A stretch of DNA of 64,000 nucleotides from the NCBI GenBank assembly GCA_000091205.1, contig AP006488.2. One strand, 5' to 3'. The position numbers and the translations under genes were made by a program. This document shows, piece after piece, positions 35,229 through 46,167 of this stretch. The notes below the pieces were generated by a model. That model was not told the DNA's origin. It saw nothing but the letters and a program-made list of their open reading frames with translations, and did not search any database. Each line of letters begins with the position of its first letter. Within the stretch, counting starts at the first letter, position 1. This DNA is from Cyanidioschyzon merolae. Lineage: Eukaryota.

Positions 35229-37136
35229 CTAGACATTAAGAATTCCTAGGAACAGGGTCAAAAGAATACACAGAGGTATCAGAGACAGCAGATACGTCAC
35301 AAGAAGCTGACGGCCTGCATACGCTGCCTCGTCTGCGTCACCTTCGAGTTGGAGGCCAACCACGATATTCTGCGCGGGTGGCATCACTGCTTGGAGAATC
35401 ATTACGAAACGCATCAGGGTACCCGTTGGTCCCGCGGGAATCAATCCGAAAGCGTCCGCAAGTGGAAATATGAGTGCAAACGTCAAACATGGGAGAAGAA
35501 TACAGCGTGTTATCAACGCTGGAACCACAATTTCGAAATCTGCTGAGCCAAGAAGCCGCAGAGCCCGCTGATACAGTCCAACGATAAAGCTCAGCGGCAG
35601 AAACAGCTTGGTTGGGTGCGATGCAGTCGTTGATGATCCATTCCGTGCGACAAAACTGTATCTGGCGGAGGAGCCGTGCCCAGGTCTGCTCGCCAACGAG
35701 GCTGCTAAAACGAGCATAGCACATGCCCCGTTCGCTGCAGCCAAAGATTTCACTGTAAGGACGAGCCCAACCGAGAGCACGTGATTGTTCTGGAAGAGGA
35801 GGTTTCGCAGCGGAGCAACGAGTCCGCAGAGCAGACCGATAATCGATGCAAACGCGGGCGGTGTCCCGAGAGCATAGATCAGTGACCCTATTCGACGAAT
35901 GGCTACAGTGTAGAGGCCGCTGTGCAGTATCTTTGAAGTCGCTTCATACTTCGGTGGATCCCCCGATCGCTGTGGATCCATATCAGGGGCGCCCGTTTTC
36001 GTGCCTTCCAACTGCTGAGCGTTTTCAACATTTGGTGCACCGAAATTTGCATGAAGATAAGGCCAAAAAGCTGCAGTCCAAGTAATACAGTAGATCGACA
36101 TCAATCCTAAGCTGCTCGTCGCCCGACTTGGATCGGATGCAAAGATGCTACTATAAAAGAGTCCAGGCAAAGAGGTAGAGTTTCCAAAACCGCAAGCAAT
36201 TCTGATGAACCGGCGCTTATTCGAGGAAACTTGCAGGAGAGCAGATAGCAGCTCACCAGCGGCAATGCCTGCAATGATATGCAGGAACGCTGCAAAAAAG
36301 AGTGGCAACATGGATGTGTGCCCGCTTGAAGCCACATGTGCGGAAATATTCACAAAACACAGCGCCGGAAGAAAAATATGGTACACAGCTTTGGATAGAC
36401 CTTGAACGGTTTGAGGGTCCAATATATGTGTGCGATGAAGCAAATATCCAGTCATAAGAAACAGGGACATCTCCCAAACCGCAATGAGCGACGCACGGAC
36501 TACTTCAAGTCGGAAGACATATTCCATGGAGCGCCTATGTTTTGATACCTGTGCAGAAGAGAATCTGGCAGTGTCGGATGCAGCAGCGCACAGTTTCAGG
36601 CTTCGATGGCGTCCTAGTGCCGTTCCCATGGACCGCACACGACTTTCTGGAAACTCCTGCAGTCCCATCGACCATGGTCGATGCAATGGGGCAATGGTCG
36701 AAACCCGACACTGCAGCTTGACGCTCAACGGGGACTTTTTTCGAGTCTCGACGGAGACGCTTTCCCGCGTACTCCTGGTTGCCGCAACCGGCACGGGCAG
36801 TGTTGGTACCGGACTTTCCCCGAGATGCATTCGGGAACGCCGCACTAGACGAGCTGATCTTTTTGTCCAGTTGGATCCTCGTGCACCACATCTTCGCGAA
36901 TATGCAGCTTCCGGCGCATGCTTGGAGTTAATCAAGCCCTGCGCAGAAACCCCACAGAACGATAGACAGCGAGCACCCAGGGCGTCGCCAATCTCACAAG
37001 CTCCACCAGCGACGAGGCCTCGCGCTCGCGATAGGCAAACGTCATCTTTGGTTCCACATGCGAAGACATAAGGCATCATGAATGTTTCAGAAGCAAATTG
37101 GCTGTGCAGTTGCCAGCGTGCAAAGCACGACCCCAA
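35229..37136 (-). CDS. Auxin-efflux-carrier (AEC/Mem_trans) family membrane transporter. The real start is probably an internal Met near 36520; the N-terminal 200 aa of the ORF are doubtful.
   Basis: The N-terminal block LFLMTGYLLHRTHILDPQTVQGLSKAVYHIFLPALCF and C-terminal block MRFVMILQAVMPPAQNIVV fit the Mem_trans (PF03547-type) pattern, with about 10 hydrophobic segments. Confidence 0.6.
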   Translation of the reverse strand: MGSCFARWQLHSQFASETFMMPYVFACGTKDDVCLSRARGLVAGGACEIGDALGARCLSFCGVSAQGLINSKHAPEAAYSRRCGARGSNWTKRSARLVRRSRMHLGESPVPTLPVPVAATRSTRESVSVETRKKSPLSVKLQCRVSTIAPLHRPWSMGLQEFPESRVRSMGTALGRHRSLKLCAAASDTARFSSAQVSKHRRSMEYVFRLEVVRASLIAVWEMSLFLMTGYLLHRTHILDPQTVQGLSKAVYHIFLPALCFVNISAHVASSGHTSMLPLFFAAFLHIIAGIAAGELLSALLQVSSNKRRFIRIACGFGNSTSLPGLFYSSIFASDPSRATSSLGLMSIYCITWTAAFWPYLHANFGAPNVENAQQLEGTKTGAPDMDPQRSGDPPKYEATSKILHSGLYTVAIRRIGSLIYALGTPPAFASIIGLLCGLVAPLRNLLFQNNHVLSVGLVLTVKSLAAANGACAMLVLAASLASRPGHGSSARYSFVARNGSSTTASHPTKLFLPLSFIVGLYQRALRLLGSADFEIVVPALITRCILLPCLTFALIFPLADAFGLIPAGPTGTLMRFVMILQAVMPPAQNIVVGLQLEGDADEAAYAGRQLLVTYLLSLIPLCILLTLFLGILNV

Positions 37137-37642
37137 GCGTGCACGGGAACGAGTGTTCGCCGCTCCCTATCAGGTCTCTCCAGACGCTTCCAAATAAAAG
37201 TACACCGAAATCAAAACCACCTCTGCCTATATCCTTCGAGTGTTGCCAACTTAACAGCTTACTGTAAACAAGCAAGAAATAGCACTGCAGCACAATGTAC
37301 CGGTGCCTGCACACCTCGCCAGGCAAAACTGCAACGCCAAGCCGCACCTTCACGCAGGCAAACGTGGTCGGAGGGAAAGCTCCTACCCGATTTCCAGTGC
37401 ACTCAATAAGCTTAGAGAGAGCAACTGGGAATGGAAGCGTTGAATTGAACAGAAGCTGCTACTGAGTTGCAACGAATCCTCTACGCATACGGGCACCGCT
37501 TCGTCTGCCCTGTATCGTATGACGCAACAGAATCGCGTCAGCGCTCTAGAGCGATTCCGCCACCGCTCATAGACGGTGTCGAACGTCGAAGCGAGGGATT
37601 CTCCGAGAGGCTCGGAAGCTCCCCGTGGGAACACGTTGACGT

Positions 37643-39337
37643 TTGGAAAGTTTCCGAGGCTGTTTGGTGACAGGCAGGGGCGAGCTACAGCGCAGCTTAC
37701 AGGACTGCTTTGTTGGCCTGCTGCTTCGGATGTCCTCGCGGCCTGGCCCCGAGTTCAGCGGGGCACCGTTTCGAAGTCAGGAGTCGAATATTGTGGCGGC
37801 GGTCCCGCCGGGGAGCTCTCCTCCGGTCAAGATAGGGTCCTATGTGCTCGGAAAAACGCTTGGTGTCGGATCTTTTGGTAAAGTCAAGGAAGGCTATCAC
37901 GAGCTATGTGGTCAGAAGGTTGCCGTGAAGATTCTGAATAGAAGTAAGGTGCACGTCATGGATATGACGCCGAAAGTGCGTCGAGAGATCATGATTCTTC
38001 GCCTTCTGAATCATAAGCACCTCATCAAACTCTATGAGGTGATTGAGTGCCCCAGCGATATTTTTGTGGTCACTGAGTACATAAGCGGTGGCGAGCTCTT
38101 CGACTTTATCGTTGAGCGCGGACGGCTGCCGGAGAATGAGGCCCGGCGCTTCTTTCAACAGCTCATCGGTGGCGTAGAATATTGCCACCGACACATGATC
38201 ATACACCGAGATCTGAAACCAGAGAACTTGCTCTTGGACGAGAATTTGAACATCAAAATTGCCGACTTGGGCCTGGCGAACATCGCTCGAGATGGAGAGT
38301 TTTTACGCACCTCGTGCGGCTCCCCGAACTACGCGGCACCAGAGGTCATTAGCGGAAAGCCATATGCAGGCCCAGAAGTAGACATATGGTCCTGTGGTGT
38401 TATTCTGTACGCACTTCTGTGTGGCTCGTTGCCTTTTGATGATGAATCCATTGCGGCACTGTTTCGACGCATTAAGAGCGGTCAGTACCAGATGCCATCC
38501 TACTTGTCGCCGGGCGCCCGAGATTTGATCAGCAGAATGCTCATTGTGGATCCGCTCGCCCGAATTACGATAGAACAGATTCGCAAGCACCCTTGGTTTG
38601 TTGAGAACCTTCCACGGTATTTGTCGCTTCCACCGCCGACGGGGTGTGCGAGAAGCCGCTCTATCAATGTTGAGGTTCTGCGGGAATGCATTCGACGAAC
38701 AGGGTTTCCCGAGGAAAAAATTGTCTGGTCCTTGAAGCATGGGAAGCGAAATGCGTACACGGTGGCGTACGAGTTAATTCATGATGCAATGAATCGGATG
38801 GACGATTCTATGCTTCAGCCAGTGGATATTCGTTCACTGTTCAGCTTTCCCGGTATCGGCACTGGATCTCGGGAGAAGAATGTTCCCGAGAGCATAGATA
38901 CCGGAGCTCATGGTGATGCAGCTTCGCGAGCGGCAGTGTTGCCAAGTAGCGCAACAAGCGCTGCATCCGCATCTCCGTTGCAATATCTTGATGAGCTAGA
39001 CGAAGACGACATCATGCCATGCTTCGTCTTCGGGTCAGCATCTCGTCGAATCCAGCTCGGAATCGTCAATAGCTATCTTTCGGCTTCTGAAATTATGATG
39101 GAGCTGTACCGAGCGCTCTCCGTATTGCAGTGGAGATGGAAATCACCATCGGTTTACCATATTCGAGTGATAGCTGCGAGCATCGAGTCAGCGTTACCCG
39201 GTGCGAAACAGGTGCGATTGGTAATTCAGTTGTACAGAACGACAAGCCGCTTTGTCGTGGATATAGCACTTCACGATGGTGACCTTTTCAGCTTTATCCT
39301 CGCCTGTCATATGATCGTATGCGAGCTGCGGATCTAG
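37643..39337 (+). CDS. SNF1/AMPK alpha-type serine/threonine protein kinase catalytic subunit
   Basis: Complete kinase domain: GVGSFGKV, VAVK, HRDLKPENLLLD, DLGLA (DFG variant), GSPNYAAPE and DIWSCGVILYALLCG. A KA1/AMPK-C-terminal-like domain is at the C-terminus. 564 aa. Confidence 0.9.
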   Translation: MESFRGCLVTGRGELQRSLQDCFVGLLLRMSSRPGPEFSGAPFRSQESNIVAAVPPGSSPPVKIGSYVLGKTLGVGSFGKVKEGYHELCGQKVAVKILNRSKVHVMDMTPKVRREIMILRLLNHKHLIKLYEVIECPSDIFVVTEYISGGELFDFIVERGRLPENEARRFFQQLIGGVEYCHRHMIIHRDLKPENLLLDENLNIKIADLGLANIARDGEFLRTSCGSPNYAAPEVISGKPYAGPEVDIWSCGVILYALLCGSLPFDDESIAALFRRIKSGQYQMPSYLSPGARDLISRMLIVDPLARITIEQIRKHPWFVENLPRYLSLPPPTGCARSRSINVEVLRECIRRTGFPEEKIVWSLKHGKRNAYTVAYELIHDAMNRMDDSMLQPVDIRSLFSFPGIGTGSREKNVPESIDTGAHGDAASRAAVLPSSATSAASASPLQYLDELDEDDIMPCFVFGSASRRIQLGIVNSYLSASEIMMELYRALSVLQWRWKSPSVYHIRVIAASIESALPGAKQVRLVIQLYRTTSRFVVDIALHDGDLFSFILACHMIVCELRI

Positions 39338-39878
39338 ACGGGCCGTGCTTCATTTGGCTCCTTCCTTCGCTCATGTAGCGCGAACGCAACACCGCTCTAA
39401 ACGCCGGACGCAAAGCGCGTACTCACCGCTTCATCTGCCCTGGACTGAACCTGTCCAAGAAAGCGAAGAGTTCTGATAGTCAACAGAACGTCCCTTTCCT
39501 GAAGAATAGGTGGTTGCTCGAATGTCTGTTATGCAGCAAATGCATTGCAGGTGCTGTCGGCATATCTCGACGACTACTGGTGTTATCATCTTTAATGGTT
39601 TCTTTTGGCCATTCCATAGGTGTTGGCTAGACACAACGACCTACCATTGTAAAAGAGCTATTCGCTCGATTCGCACAAGAGGCTGTTCAGGAACATGGAG
39701 CACAGAATCAGTGGCGCATTCGCAACCGCCTCAGTACACTGTTCCGTTTGGAGGCGCTAAACTGCAAGTCGCTGATGTGGCTTTGTCGTCGGCGCGTCTG
39801 TTCAATCGTCACCTAGGTGCTCAGAAGCCACGACCCGTTATCTCTGGAATGCACGCTGAAGAACGACCTCGAGCACGA

Positions 39879-41605
39879 GGGTTATAATCAAAGCACTGAA
39901 TTTTGGAACAGCTGTGCTGGCTCACCTTTTATGTTTTTGTTTGTCTTTCTCTCAGGTCCCTCATAAAAGCAATCCATCCTTTGGGTGCGAGAACGCTCGC
40001 GGAAACACCAAAGGCCCTCACTGCCAGCTTGCGAGCATAACGGCTTCAGTTCTACGAGTGAGTCACTCTGTGGGTTTACCAAGCGAATGAGCTGCACGTC
40101 GCCTGGCCCTGATCCTGGGGCTCGGGAGCCCAAAACAGAACTTATCCAGCGCTACCCCAACGATTGCCTCTTCTTCTGCGCATTCCACTCCATGCGTACG
40201 CTGACAATGACTCCAAAACATGCCGCAGGGTGTCGAGTTTCCACACCCTTCATACGAATGGTGATGAAGAGTCACCGATGGAATACGCAGAAGCACGCGG
40301 CTATGGGAGGCCTTTGCGCGTCGCATACCTGGTCATCGATTCCGTATGGAAACACGAGCTCGTATTCCGCGGGCAACGGACGTTTGCCGCTCTCGATGAG
40401 ACACGTCCAGCTACGGACGCTCGACATGTGGCTAGGTACGCCACGAAGGGCATATTGCCGTCCTACACGACGACACAAGCGAGCATGAAGCCACCATGTG
40501 CTCCAATGGCGACCACATCCATCAGTTGCCACCGAGCCGCCAAACAGACATGTCCCTTCGACACACCTGATCGTTCGTCGACGCACTTTTGGCTTCTTGG
40601 TCCCACTCTCATCTGCCGCGATCTCAGAAGAGATCGCTGTCCAGTACGCGGTAGGTGCCATCGAGTACACACGCGAGGGCGGCGTTGAGCGGCTCGGCGA
40701 TCCTGCATACTGGTTCAGGTTCAGAGCAGTCATAGGCCCCTTGTCGGTTGTCAACCGCCATACAAGCGCTCGCGGATCTATAGACGACGAGTCGTTCGCA
40801 TCCGTGGACCCGAAAGCCGCAGAACGCCTTCAGAGCTCGCGCAGCTTCGTTCCCGGCGGATGCTCGCGCAGCTTCTCTAGCTTTGGTGCACCTCGTCCAG
40901 CAGCAGCTGTTCAGAGCAGCTGCGCATGCAGAGGAGCCAGCTGTGCGCATTCCTCGGGGCGTGCTCGAGCGAGCCTTTCCGAGGCACAGTACAGCTGATG
41001 CTCTGCACAGAGGATACGATACGGCGTGCTCGTGAACTAGCGGAATTGCAAACAAACACATAAACACACTTACTCACATACACATAAACACAAACACACG
41101 TTCTAGCGTACCTTGACCTGCACGCTACCGCATCAGCGAACGCAAGTGCTACAGTATAGGTCCCTGAAGGAATCGAATGAGCACCACTATCCTAGAGCAG
41201 CTGCAGTTCCGCGCTGAGCGCTCCATGAGGCGCACGCTTTTGATGCCGCATCCTACACTCAGTGGCCGAGAAAAGCGTGACTGATGCAGCGGATTCATGG
41301 CGCGTCGATAGAGCTAAACTGCGGAATAGTGGCGGAGACTGCAGTGGCAGCGGACTCGGAAGCGCTGCCCCAACGCCAGCCAGAGTCGCTCTCGCACCGA
41401 GCCGACAAGCTGGCTTTCGCTAGCGCGTTCCGTGAGTCGGAGAACAAAGTGGCCGATCAACTGCGTCGTTTGGAGGGAGCGTACGGCGTGGAGCACGCTA
41501 CAGCGCACAGGCGCTTCTCTCCATTTCGCTTGACACGAGCGTACGTCGAGTGCAGTGATCGGCTCTGCAGGACGCTCACCGACGCGTTCAGCACACCGTA
41601 CGCAC

Positions 41606-41648
<43 letters not shown>

Positions 41649-42145
41649 ACTCACAACGAAACAGGTAGCGTGGACGAGTGTGAAGCAGTGCCGGACGCTC
41701 TAGACGGTGTACGGCAAGCTTGCCGGACGTCCGACGGCGATGCAACTGGACGCGGCAGGCTCTCTGGGGCGTGACCCCCACCCCCCCGGCAGCGACGTAC
41801 TGTAGGGCTCTCTCTCTCCCCGAAACTCGAACGCCAGGCTCAGCGTCTGGAAATATGTCGGGCGTGTGGAGCGTCCAGCGAGTTTGTGCCGAACGAGTTC
41901 GCCAACGAATCCACGAGGTCTCAGTGTGGGCGTTGCGGTGAAACGCGACAGACTACCGATGCAGCACTATCAGAGGCGAGTTGCCAGGAGAGCGTGTCCA
42001 ACGGGTTTCCACCTGGAGTTAGACACCGAAATGGTACGTTTCAGGAAACCAGCGAGTTTGGTGTGTCGTTTATATACACCGGGATCGGTTCTTCTTCGCG
42101 GATACTGAACGATAATGGTTTTCAGCTATTCGATGCTAATGAGTA
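39879..42145 (+). repeat. R2 repeat copy 2
   Basis: Collinear with copies 1 and 3. (CACGAG)7 at about 41607-41650 and a poly-C tract ccccc(a)ccccccc at about 41774. Confidence 0.85.
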
Positions 42146-43890
42146 TGAATGGTTTTGGACTGTCTCTTGTGGCGTGAGGAGTATCGAAAAATTATGAACA
42201 TGTCCTCGGAGGCCCACTCGATAAGTTTGTCTGCGATAGGTGTCCACGCCCACGTGGATTTGGCTCAAGAAACCCCAAATATCTTTAATACTGCACCGGC
42301 GGGTATTTTGCACCTGTGATGCAACTTTGCGAGGCCTGCGTTCGGATATGCCCTCTGTGTGGCGTACAAGATCTTCATGTACGCCGGATACGCTGCAATA
42401 TTGACATGGGAGTTTGAGGCTACGTTGCGCTGCGTTCGTGCAGATGTAGATGCATTTGATCTGGATGCGTTGCTTTCGTTGTTTGCGCTGCCAGCTTGAG
42501 CAGCCTCGTCAGTCATAACAGGCAGTGATCCCTCGACATAAAGTGCTTTGGCGTGATTCTGGAACACTTGGTTGACGCGGAACGATCCGTATGCTTGATG
42601 CCGTTTCTCTTAATCAACCAATATTGTAGTCCGGCATTTTCTTTTGCAAATCTGTGCATTTTTGAATCCAAAGAAACGTTCAATGCTGAGCATGGACCGC
42701 ACAGCTGTAGTCGCGCTGCTTCCCCGTCGCGAGAAAGCTTTCGCTCTGCGGGCGCTCATGGGGCACTTCATGTAAGTATGTTTGGGCGGGGTCGCGGGTG
42801 CCCCGCTTCCTAGGCAGCTGTGCCGATGAAGGCACACTTTTTCCATGTTGGAGTCTATTGGAGACCAATAGGCTTGACGCTTTTGCCCGAGCAGTGCGCT
42901 TCATAGCTGGCACGGCGTCGGCTACTCCATAGCCATGAATTGTGGCATGCCAGCGCTTTATCCCTTTGTTCTTCGATGGGATCTCCACCGTCTACGAGTG
43001 AACGTGCGCCAGCAGGAGCCTTTCCGGAGGGAGCAGTCGTTACATGCGCGCAACATCGGACCCAAGCGTTTGGCAGTTCCAATTAGGTGCTGTAAGATAA
43101 GGAATACAATCCATCTCGTTGCTCTCTTTTACTCTAAATCGACCAGACGTTTGTCAGCTGCACCACTTTCATACATGAGTCAGACGGCAGCTGGATTAGT
43201 TGATGTGTCACATGCGATGCCTCCGCCGTCCTGTGAGCACATAAACATCTTCATTGCTTCTGCTTTCGAGTCCAAGCAGGTCCTAGCCTCGCTCAGCAGA
43301 TGCAGGATTAAGGTTTTAGGAATTAACTTCCAAGCTGTTGGAGAATCTGTCGATGGCAATTGAAACTCAAAGAAGTTTGTGGGGTATCCCTCTCTTTCAA
43401 CGGCACGTCAGCATGAGAAATCTTCAAACAGTGAATGCAATGCAGGCGAGAGTGTTCATTACCAGGTTACGCCCGTCTTCGCGAGAGGACTCTCTTTTCT
43501 GGAGAGGCGTTATTGAAACGCATCCTATGCGAGCAGCTCCTCGTTACACTGGGTCGTTCTCATCACAGGCACATAAAATTTTAGATGAGCTCATCCATTC
43601 ATTACGAATCCGTGGAGTACACGCTGAGCACCGTGCGCTCCAGCTGCGGAGAATCACTCGGAATTCAAGTGCAGTGCCTCCCAATTTGCACGATCTGCAC
43701 TCCAAGTCCAACGACTTGCATCGCTTGAATCTGGTTCCCTGTCCAAAGGACCCTGTCTTGCTGGCAGAAGCTGGGTGAATATTACGGACATTGGCGTTTG
43801 GAGCCCTGCCAACTCCAGCTGGTGGAACAGCAGTTTATGTTCTGCAATCCCCGCTTTTCCTTATACCTCCAAGATCCATGGTAAACGTGA

Positions 43891-44154
43891 TCAGTAAAAC
43901 GAACGAAATCCCGCGACCATGGAGGGTAAACTGAAACCTACTGACAGACGCCTCTCAGCCTTTTTCGACGCGCCGCCTGCTATCGGTTTCAGGTTATGCA
44001 GACGAGCCTCGACCCTCAGAGTCTTTCCCAAGAAGCTGGATCGTTTCAGATCCTCGGATCTTATCGTCAACACCGCACATCTTCTGATACTGATGGCGGT
44101 GTTGAAGTCTCGATTCAGAAACTCCTTGCGTGCATTACCGTTGGTTGAACACAC
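43891..44154 (-). pseudogene. Fanzor/TnpB-like 3' fragment (RuvC-III motif) inside the short element on the minus strand
   Basis: FLNRDFNTAISIRRCAVL...LKPIAGGASKKAERRL parallels the master copy FVNRDFNAAINICRCAVL...LEPIIGGRSKKAGRRL. No upstream RuvC-I or RuvC-II is present. Confidence 0.7.
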
Positions 44155-45410
44155 CGATGCAAGAATTGCTAGAACTCATGCCCTCTGCGATATCATAGTC
44201 TTGTCATCATCGCGTCGCGCACACAATTTTTGTCGACTGTCTCCCTTGTTCTTCGTCTTCTTCGTTACGTGCCCTTCTTTGTTCGATTGTCGGCGGGATG
44301 ACGATTTTTCCGTTTGTTTTCGGCAGCTGGCGATGACGGCCCGCCAGGATCTTGGACTTCCATGTCCTTAACGTGCCCTTGGATATTTTATTTTTCCGAA
44401 TGTACTCGCTCCTGTATGCCCTTAGGTGAGGATCTTCCTGGATGGAATCGATTTTGCGGAAGAAGGATGATACGTGCGTCGGTGTCACCGCCCAGAACGC
44501 TACAGCGATTTGCCCTGTGGAGCGATTATTACATTCCATTACAAAAAAACAGTCAGACGATATGGTAGAACAACAAAAAGTTCTATGCAATGAAAAGCGG
44601 ATCTAGCCCAACAAAATGGGCAAACGCTTGGGCGTAACGAGAATGGTGAAATATCACGTTGTCCAGCAGAAGGACGTCGCCAGGCGTCAGCCAAAATTCT
44701 TCAATGATTCAACGCAGGGTGTGGTATTGTGTAAGCGATCTCTATGAGCGAATTTGAGGCTTCAAGATCAAACCATTCCAACTACCAAAGATGATGGTGT
44801 CGTCGTTCTCTTCCAGTTCGATTGTGTAAACAACGGGTGCCCCGTCCGCGAAAAAGACATGTACGCTCCGAGCGTCTCATCCGAAGCAAGTCCGATCGAC
44901 TGGAAAGAACCTGCGGATGTCGGTGTGCTTCATATCGTCCGCTGAGTTCCAGGAATTCTGCAGCTGAGATTTCAGTGGAAAATGGCCGCGCGTGAAATTC
45001 GGCTCTTTACGACTGTATCCCTGTGTTATCAGGACTACGTGAATCAGCTTGTGGGACAGAGAAACGCCTGTGGCGGCTATTACGGCTGCTTTTGCTTTTG
45101 GTAAGATGACCAACGGGTCGTTGTCTACCATTAACCGCAAGCAGTCTTTAAAAGTATCGGTTTTTGTTGGCACGTGGCACAATTGCTTTCTTTCATTGCT
45201 CCTTAAGTATTAGAGTGCTGTTGTATGACTGATCTGTAGGAGGAATACAGTCCTCCTTGCACTATGCAATAGAGAATATATCCGATAGTCAATTCGTCTA
45301 CGATCTGTACATGACTTTGCGTAGTGATTTCGACCGCTTACTAGAAACTGCGAAAATCCAGGCGGAAACACACAGAGGGACAGGAACCCAATGAAGTTGA
45401 AACTCTTTAA
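43943..45410 (-). mobile_element. Short, internally deleted Fanzor-family element, copy 1 (minus orientation)
   Basis: Nucleotide homology to the 56.4-57.8 kb and 61.8-63.25 kb elements along its entire length. It shares the left-end region (aac ttc att ggg ttc ctg tcc ctc tg...) and the right end GGCTGAGAGGCGTCTG. Its left end abuts the prefoldin start codon. Confidence 0.7.
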
Positions 45411-46044
45411 TGCAACGGCGCACTTGCGACCGGCAATCTGCCGACAATGCAGACGTGATGTTTCCAACTACGCTGTTCCAACACATTTCAGGGTTGTACT
45501 TCTAGACGGTATGGCATCTCAGGTGCCTGTCCTAGAGCCGCAAACCTTGCTAGAGGATCCGACTGGTCTGGTGAAGTCGTCACCACAAGGAGCGCGTCCC
45601 TATCTGGAACAACTCGAACTTCAGATTCGATATCGAAGAGCTTTAGAGCTTCGACTAAACTCGCGGCTCCAGGGACTGGAGTCGAAGGTTTCCGATCTCG
45701 AATCTGCGCTGGAGACGCTTGAATTTCTGCACACTGATAACACCGGTGAGCTGCAGCTGCTGGGGGAACTCGAGACCCGCTTCGAACTGTGCGACGGCGT
45801 CTACGCTCGCGCGGTGATTGATCGACAGTCCCTCAAAACAGTGTTTCTGTGGCTTGGGGCGAAGACTATGGTTGAGTTTTCCTGCGAAGAGGCGAAAGCC
45901 CTTCTTGAGAGGAATCTGGATCTGGCTCGAAAGTCAGTGAGGGAGCTGAAAGAGCAGCTCAATACGGTCCGTTCTGAAATAGTGACTGCGGAAGTGAACA
46001 TGTCACGTTTGTACAACGCGGAAGTTGAATTGCGAAGAAAATAA
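45391..46044 (+). CDS. Prefoldin subunit 3 (prefoldin alpha-type, VBP1-like)
   Basis: Coiled-coil, beta-hairpin, coiled-coil layout with VFLWLGAKTMVEF...EEAKALLERNL...EQLNTVRSEIVTAEVNMSRLYN, matching the PFD3 pattern VFLWLGANVMLEY...EDLDFLRDQITT.EVN.ARVYN. Confidence 0.75.
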   Translation: MKLKLFNATAHLRPAICRQCRRDVSNYAVPTHFRVVLLDGMASQVPVLEPQTLLEDPTGLVKSSPQGARPYLEQLELQIRYRRALELRLNSRLQGLESKVSDLESALETLEFLHTDNTGELQLLGELETRFELCDGVYARAVIDRQSLKTVFLWLGAKTMVEFSCEEAKALLERNLDLARKSVRELKEQLNTVRSEIVTAEVNMSRLYNAEVELRRK

Positions 46045-46167
46045 TGACTTAGAATGAGGCGAGAAAGGAAACCGTCTAGAAGAGTGTCTCGGTCTCGACA
46101 AGATGCTGGTTCTTGTCAACGGTTGCTTTGGTATCGATTTCCTCAAGGATGTTTCTGTGTGTAATGA

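Noticed and set aside
35229-37136. Full 635-aa reading of the AEC-transporter ORF
   Set aside because: The first 200 aa or so are low-complexity, Arg/Ser-rich and lack TM segments. Transporter homology starts near the internal Met (MEYVFRLEV...). The long form probably reflects an open GC-rich frame.
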